Shown here: positions 37,250 through 41,102 of the stretch, piece by piece
Position numbering within the stretch: position 1 is the stretch's first letter
How the letters are laid out: every line of letters begins with the position of its first letter
Source: Octopus bimaculoides
Taxonomy: Eukaryota
DNA length: 41,102 nt
Direction: 5' to 3'
Assembly (NCBI RefSeq): GCF_001194135.2
Contig: NC_068982.1
Coordinates: 78,290,323-78,331,424, forward strand
Notes under the pieces: generated by a model
Seen by the model: the letters and a program-made list of their open reading frames with translations, nothing else
The model's database searches: none
Told to the model about the DNA's origin: nothing
Made by a program: the position numbers and the translations under genes

Positions 37250-37423
37250 GACTGAGAGAGCAGTGCATGCCATCAAAGTGAGACTGAGGTACAACTATAC
37301 GAAGCCTAGTATATCCATTACGACTACCTGTCAGATAAGGATACATTTTCTCCCTCAGTCACAGCTTCAGGATGGTGTTTATACCATTTGTCAGCGGTTT
37401 TGATTTTATAATGCCGACATATT
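37250..37423 (-). mobile_element. Chimeric insertion: R4 LINE internal segment + 3' end of family C
   Basis: 37346-37423 encodes ICRHYKIKTADKWYKHHPEAVTEGEN (59/60 nt identical to 28570-28629 over the comparable part); 37250-37345 is the last ~95 nt of family C. Confidence 0.88.
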
Positions 37424-37432
37424 ATTATTATT

Positions 37433-37526
<94 letters not shown>

Positions 37527-37550
37527 GTTGTTGTTGTTGTTGTTATTATT
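37421..37550. repeat. (ATT)n(AAT)n(ATT)n polarity-switching array
   Basis: ATT to 37435, AAT 37436-37470, ATT/GTT to 37550. Confidence 0.95.
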
Positions 37551-38121
37551 GAGTGAGAGAGCAATGCATGCCATCAAAGTGGCACTGAGGTAACATATAC
37601 GAAGCCCAGTATACCTATCATGACTACCCGTCTGATAAGGATACACCAAGCACATGCATCACAACCATATGTGCGCGACATGGTGACCTCATGTCAAGAT
37701 AAACAGCGCATGACCTTGCAGGTGGGGCCCAATTAGAATTTTCTTCAGGTCAAGTAGCCCATCCAGCTCAAAAGGTTCCTGAATAAGGGTTGTTTAAGGA
37801 TGTTGAACGAAACACCCATGTTTCCAAAGGTGAATTATCCAAACCCCAAAGAATTCCTCTCAATACATGGCTATGATGCTCCTCTACTACTTCTGCTCGT
37901 GATCAGAGATGCACATGTCGTTAGCCACCAAGGGACATGCTCAACTGTTTAAGGTGAAACAACTAACGAGCAAATCTGTGGTATTGAGCAGAATATTTGC
38001 TGTAGCCCATCTTTTATACCAAAACAAAACAAAACAAAACAAAACAATGTATACGATAACACTTCCAGTCAGTTAAAATCAAAATCCATGAGAGCCACTG
38101 CCTGGTACTGCATCAGGGCAT
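37551..38121 (-). mobile_element. ~555-bp family C element, copy 4
   Basis: Full-length match, with an internal (AAAAC)n expansion at ~38021-38045. Confidence 0.92.
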
Positions 38122-38239
38122 TCATTTTGTTTATCATATACAAGTATGTGAGTATTCATCGCTATTTTTTTTATTTTATTCAATTTCAGAAAAATTGAAG
38201 CATGTTATTGACAATAATATTATCATTATTTCTCTAAAA

Positions 38240-39225
38240 ATCCTGGTAAGTGAAGATCTCGTGTTAGTTCTTTACTACTGCTGCCAGAGACTTGCAGGAA
38301 TCCATGTCCAGCAGGTGCTGCCAGAAATAGCTATTCCGTGGTTAACTGCTGTGGTCATGTTAAACATCAAGGAAAATGCAAAAATCCTCAAAGTCTACCA
38401 GACAAAAAAAGAGAACTGGTTAAGAATGAACTTCTTCATCCAAACCAGTCAAATGTGGATGCCATCCCAGACATCTGGTAGCCTCCTCATATCTGTTAAG
38501 TGGAAAGAAGGAAGGAAGGAAGGAAGGAAGGAAGGAAGGAAGGTCAAGTGTCACATCTGCCTTTCGACCACCTAAAAGCCTTCTGTCTAAATTGAAGGAG
38601 AAAGAGAAGAAACTCTCTCTTCTCCTTATATCAAGGAATCCATTAACAACAGCCATCAAGGCCCAAAAAGCTACAACAGCACCATCACCAACACGAATTG
38701 CAGCATCAACAGAAACAACAGAAAATCCGACAACAACCACTGCAACACCAATTTCCACCATAGCAATTATGGTAACTCCAGTACATGACATGCCACTTAC
38801 CAATTCCAAACGGTTAGATATGTGGCGAGTCTGATCAGGACGGGAAGTGGAAAACAAAAAACTAAAAGGAGAAAAGACTAAAAGAAAATAAATCAACAAC
38901 AAAGAACAAACTTTGTCCACACAAAAATTGGAAAGAAAAGTAAAAGCCACAAGGCAAAAAGCACTACATTATGACCACTGCTACAAACACTTCGAACACC
39001 ACCACAACCACCAGCTCATCTCCTTGACAGAGTTGAAGTCCTGAGTCAAACAGAGATCAAGAGAAGTACTTGGAAAGTGGAATGTCTGCAAGCGCTGACA
39101 ACTCTCAGCCAGTTGGGCACTGCAATGGGTGGAAAATCCACTTTAACATTGTTGATGCCCAGAAAAGCAATATATTTAAGGTAAGGTGACTGAGAGAGGG
39201 TATTCATCTGCAGCATGACTTTAGA
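38240..39225 (+). mobile_element. L1/Tx1-clade LINE relic (copy C): ORF1 fused to ORF2 C-terminal pieces
   Basis: LAGIHV..VLPEI..KENW and the knuckle CHICLS/HLKAFC parallel copy A ORF1. QLISLTELKS*VKQR at 39015 matches copy A QLISLTELQSCVKRR. RT and APE are absent. Confidence 0.7.
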
Positions 39226-40019
39226 TAGCTTCCAGAATATCGTATTCTGAACAAGAAAGCTAACTAATAATGATTAGCACTAATAGCATGTTTAAAATAT
39301 TTTTAAATGATATATGCTAGCCATGTTTTCATACAAGTGATGAAGGGAGGCATCCTAAAACATTTAGTATTTATGAAATTTCAATTTAAAAAATGTAATT
39401 GATATTTATGAAGTTCGAATTCTGAAAAGAGAAAATTTAAAAAGGAAGTCATTCTTTATTAAGAATTGGAGTATTTTTAGGGTTCTGATTACAAATTGAA
39501 AGTAGAAAGATAAGGCGAAGTAATCAGCAACAAAATTCCGAAAAAAGAATTTTCAGAATCATAAACTTCGTTTTTTTAAACATTTAAAAATACGAAGATT
39601 ATGATAATGATTTTCATTTTTTTTTCTTTTCTAATAGTGAAAAATTTAAAAACAAAATTGTAAAAAATAGTCTTAGAAAATAATATTTGTGGTTTTCAGT
39701 AGAGAAAGGCGAGGTTGGAGCAGCATCCATTGCAATGAGGACCAACTACAACATGTTTGTTTAGTAAGTCTAATAACTTTACTTCCCAATGGAATTGTTG
39801 AAATACAAATGAAGTCGACACACTTTAAATAGCTCAGCGATGGCAAAACAGGGGAATATTTATAAAGACCCCGAGCAAGCTAATACACTTGGGCCTATGA
39901 TATTTATAAACGGTAAGCAACAGCATCTATAGATTATTAACTTCCTAGACCTGTAGGGGGCCCCGAATAACTGCTTCAATAGGTGAATACCTTCAAACGA
40001 TACCGACTATAACACCTTT

Positions 40020-40871
40020 TACGAGGAGGTACCTAAAAGTGACCAGAAACGTTCTCTGTGGGACAAGCCCGTTGTAGTTCAGGCTTCCGCCACTAGAAGC
40101 CACTTGATGCGACCTTCAGTCATCAATCTGCCGACCGACGTCGTCAGGTGAAGTCGTACTGCCACGTGGTGCACTTTTGTTTTGCAGTGCTTCTCCCCTC
40201 TTCGTCGATTTTTGCGATGGCTGAAACGAAGGAACTGTGTGCTTCTATGAAATTCTGTTTTCTGCTGGGGAAAATGGCGGCCGAAACAGTTATACTTCAA
40301 ACAGCTTACAAGGACGCTGCCATAAGCAAAACACAAGTTTGCGAGTGTTTTTCACGCTTGAAGACCAACCTCGTTCAGGGCAACCGTCGACTTCTCGAAC
40401 GAATGAAAACATAATGAAAATTCAGGAACTGATCTTGGAGGACTGTCACTGAACAATTGACGAACTTGTTGATATGATTGGTGTATTCTGGAACTCCTGT
40501 CAACGAATCTTGAGCGAGGAATAGTGAATGAAAAGAGTTGCGGCGAAATTTATGCCTCGCTTCGAAAACGGTCACGACTGAATGTGTGTCGTGAATTGAA
40601 AGAACAATTTGAAGTTGATCACTGGTGATGAAAGCTGGTGCTTCAAAATTTCCAGATGTGAGAGAGGTGAAGAAAAAAAAAATGACAGAGGGATTAAAAG
40701 ACATCACTGCACAAGAGTTCCAGCACTGCTTCGAACAGCGGAAAACGCCTCTGGACCAAAGCGTTGCTTCAAATGGAGAATACTTTGAAGGTGATAAAAG
40801 TATAAACATGTAAAACTAAGTAGATAAAATAACATTGCAAAATTCCGGTTTCTTTTGGGTACCGCTTCGTA
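40020..40871 (+). mobile_element. Mariner DNA transposon, internally deleted, non-autonomous
   Basis: 27-bp TIRs at 40022-40048 and 40843-40869 (21/27 match) with TA flanks. Transposase remnants KFCFLLGK..EDQPRSGQPST..MKRVAAKFMPR..ITGDESWCF joined to FPDV..CFEQ..SNGEYFEGD. Confidence 0.92.
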
Positions 40872-41019
40872 CGTAGTTTATTTTGGGAAAAGTGGGAAAC
40901 AAGGAAGAAAATTTGAAATAGAATGAAGGATATCAGCTTCCAAGGTAAGTAACTCTGTAAGATAATTAGTTACCTCCCTTGATTATCAGTTCCCTGGCGA
41001 CAATTTTTTTTTCATTTCT

Positions 41020-41102
41020 GAATTAGACACAGGGCCAGCAATTTTATAGGGAAGGGCCAAGTCGATTATATCGAGGCCAGTGCTTGATCGGTACTATATT
41101 TT
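41020..41102 (-). mobile_element. SINE family B 3' part, running off the window
   Basis: Minus strand gtaccgatcaagcactgg..tcgatataatcgact..cccttcc..aaattgctggccctgtg. Confidence 0.65.

Noticed and set aside
38420-38950. 176-aa hydrophobic minus-strand ORF
   Set aside because: Antisense of the Thr/Lys-rich low-complexity ORF1 remnant. ORF 24179-24568 is rejected for the same reason.
39730-39955. IAMRT and INFLDL peptides reminiscent of a Penelope-like RT
   Set aside because: Two short motifs with stops and no convincing YxDD between them; too weak without an HMM search.
40941-40950. Perfect donor AAG|GTAAGT
   Set aside because: No upstream acceptor or ORF; it lies in repeat-like sequence beside the mariner.

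Overview
AT-rich, gap-containing eukaryotic scaffold. The repeat repertoire is strongly reminiscent of an octopus/cephalopod genome (inference from recognised SINE/MITE types and microsatellite load). There is one convincing host gene: a single-coding-exon class A (rhodopsin-like) GPCR at 9413-10372 (+). It keeps the structural TM residues but has lost essentially every canonical activation microswitch. The first 21 kb is otherwise microsatellites, tRNA-headed SINEs and small MITEs. From about 21.3 to 39.2 kb the sequence is an almost continuous chain of retroelements joined by (AAT)n/(ATT)n microsatellites: nine 5'-truncated R4/Dong-like RLE LINE ends from several diverged subfamilies, four full-length copies of an unnamed non-coding ~555-bp element, several ATT-tailed SINEs and three internally deleted L1/Tx1-like LINEs. 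An internally deleted mariner lies at 40.0-40.9 kb. The best candidate for an undescribed system is an (AAT)n-targeting R4/Dong LINE plus a ~555-bp non-autonomous partner. Support comes from a strict orientation rule, a LINE/555-bp template-switch chimera at 37250-37423 and a covarying 3' hairpin. All analysis is by eye; family names are recognitions, not database hits.
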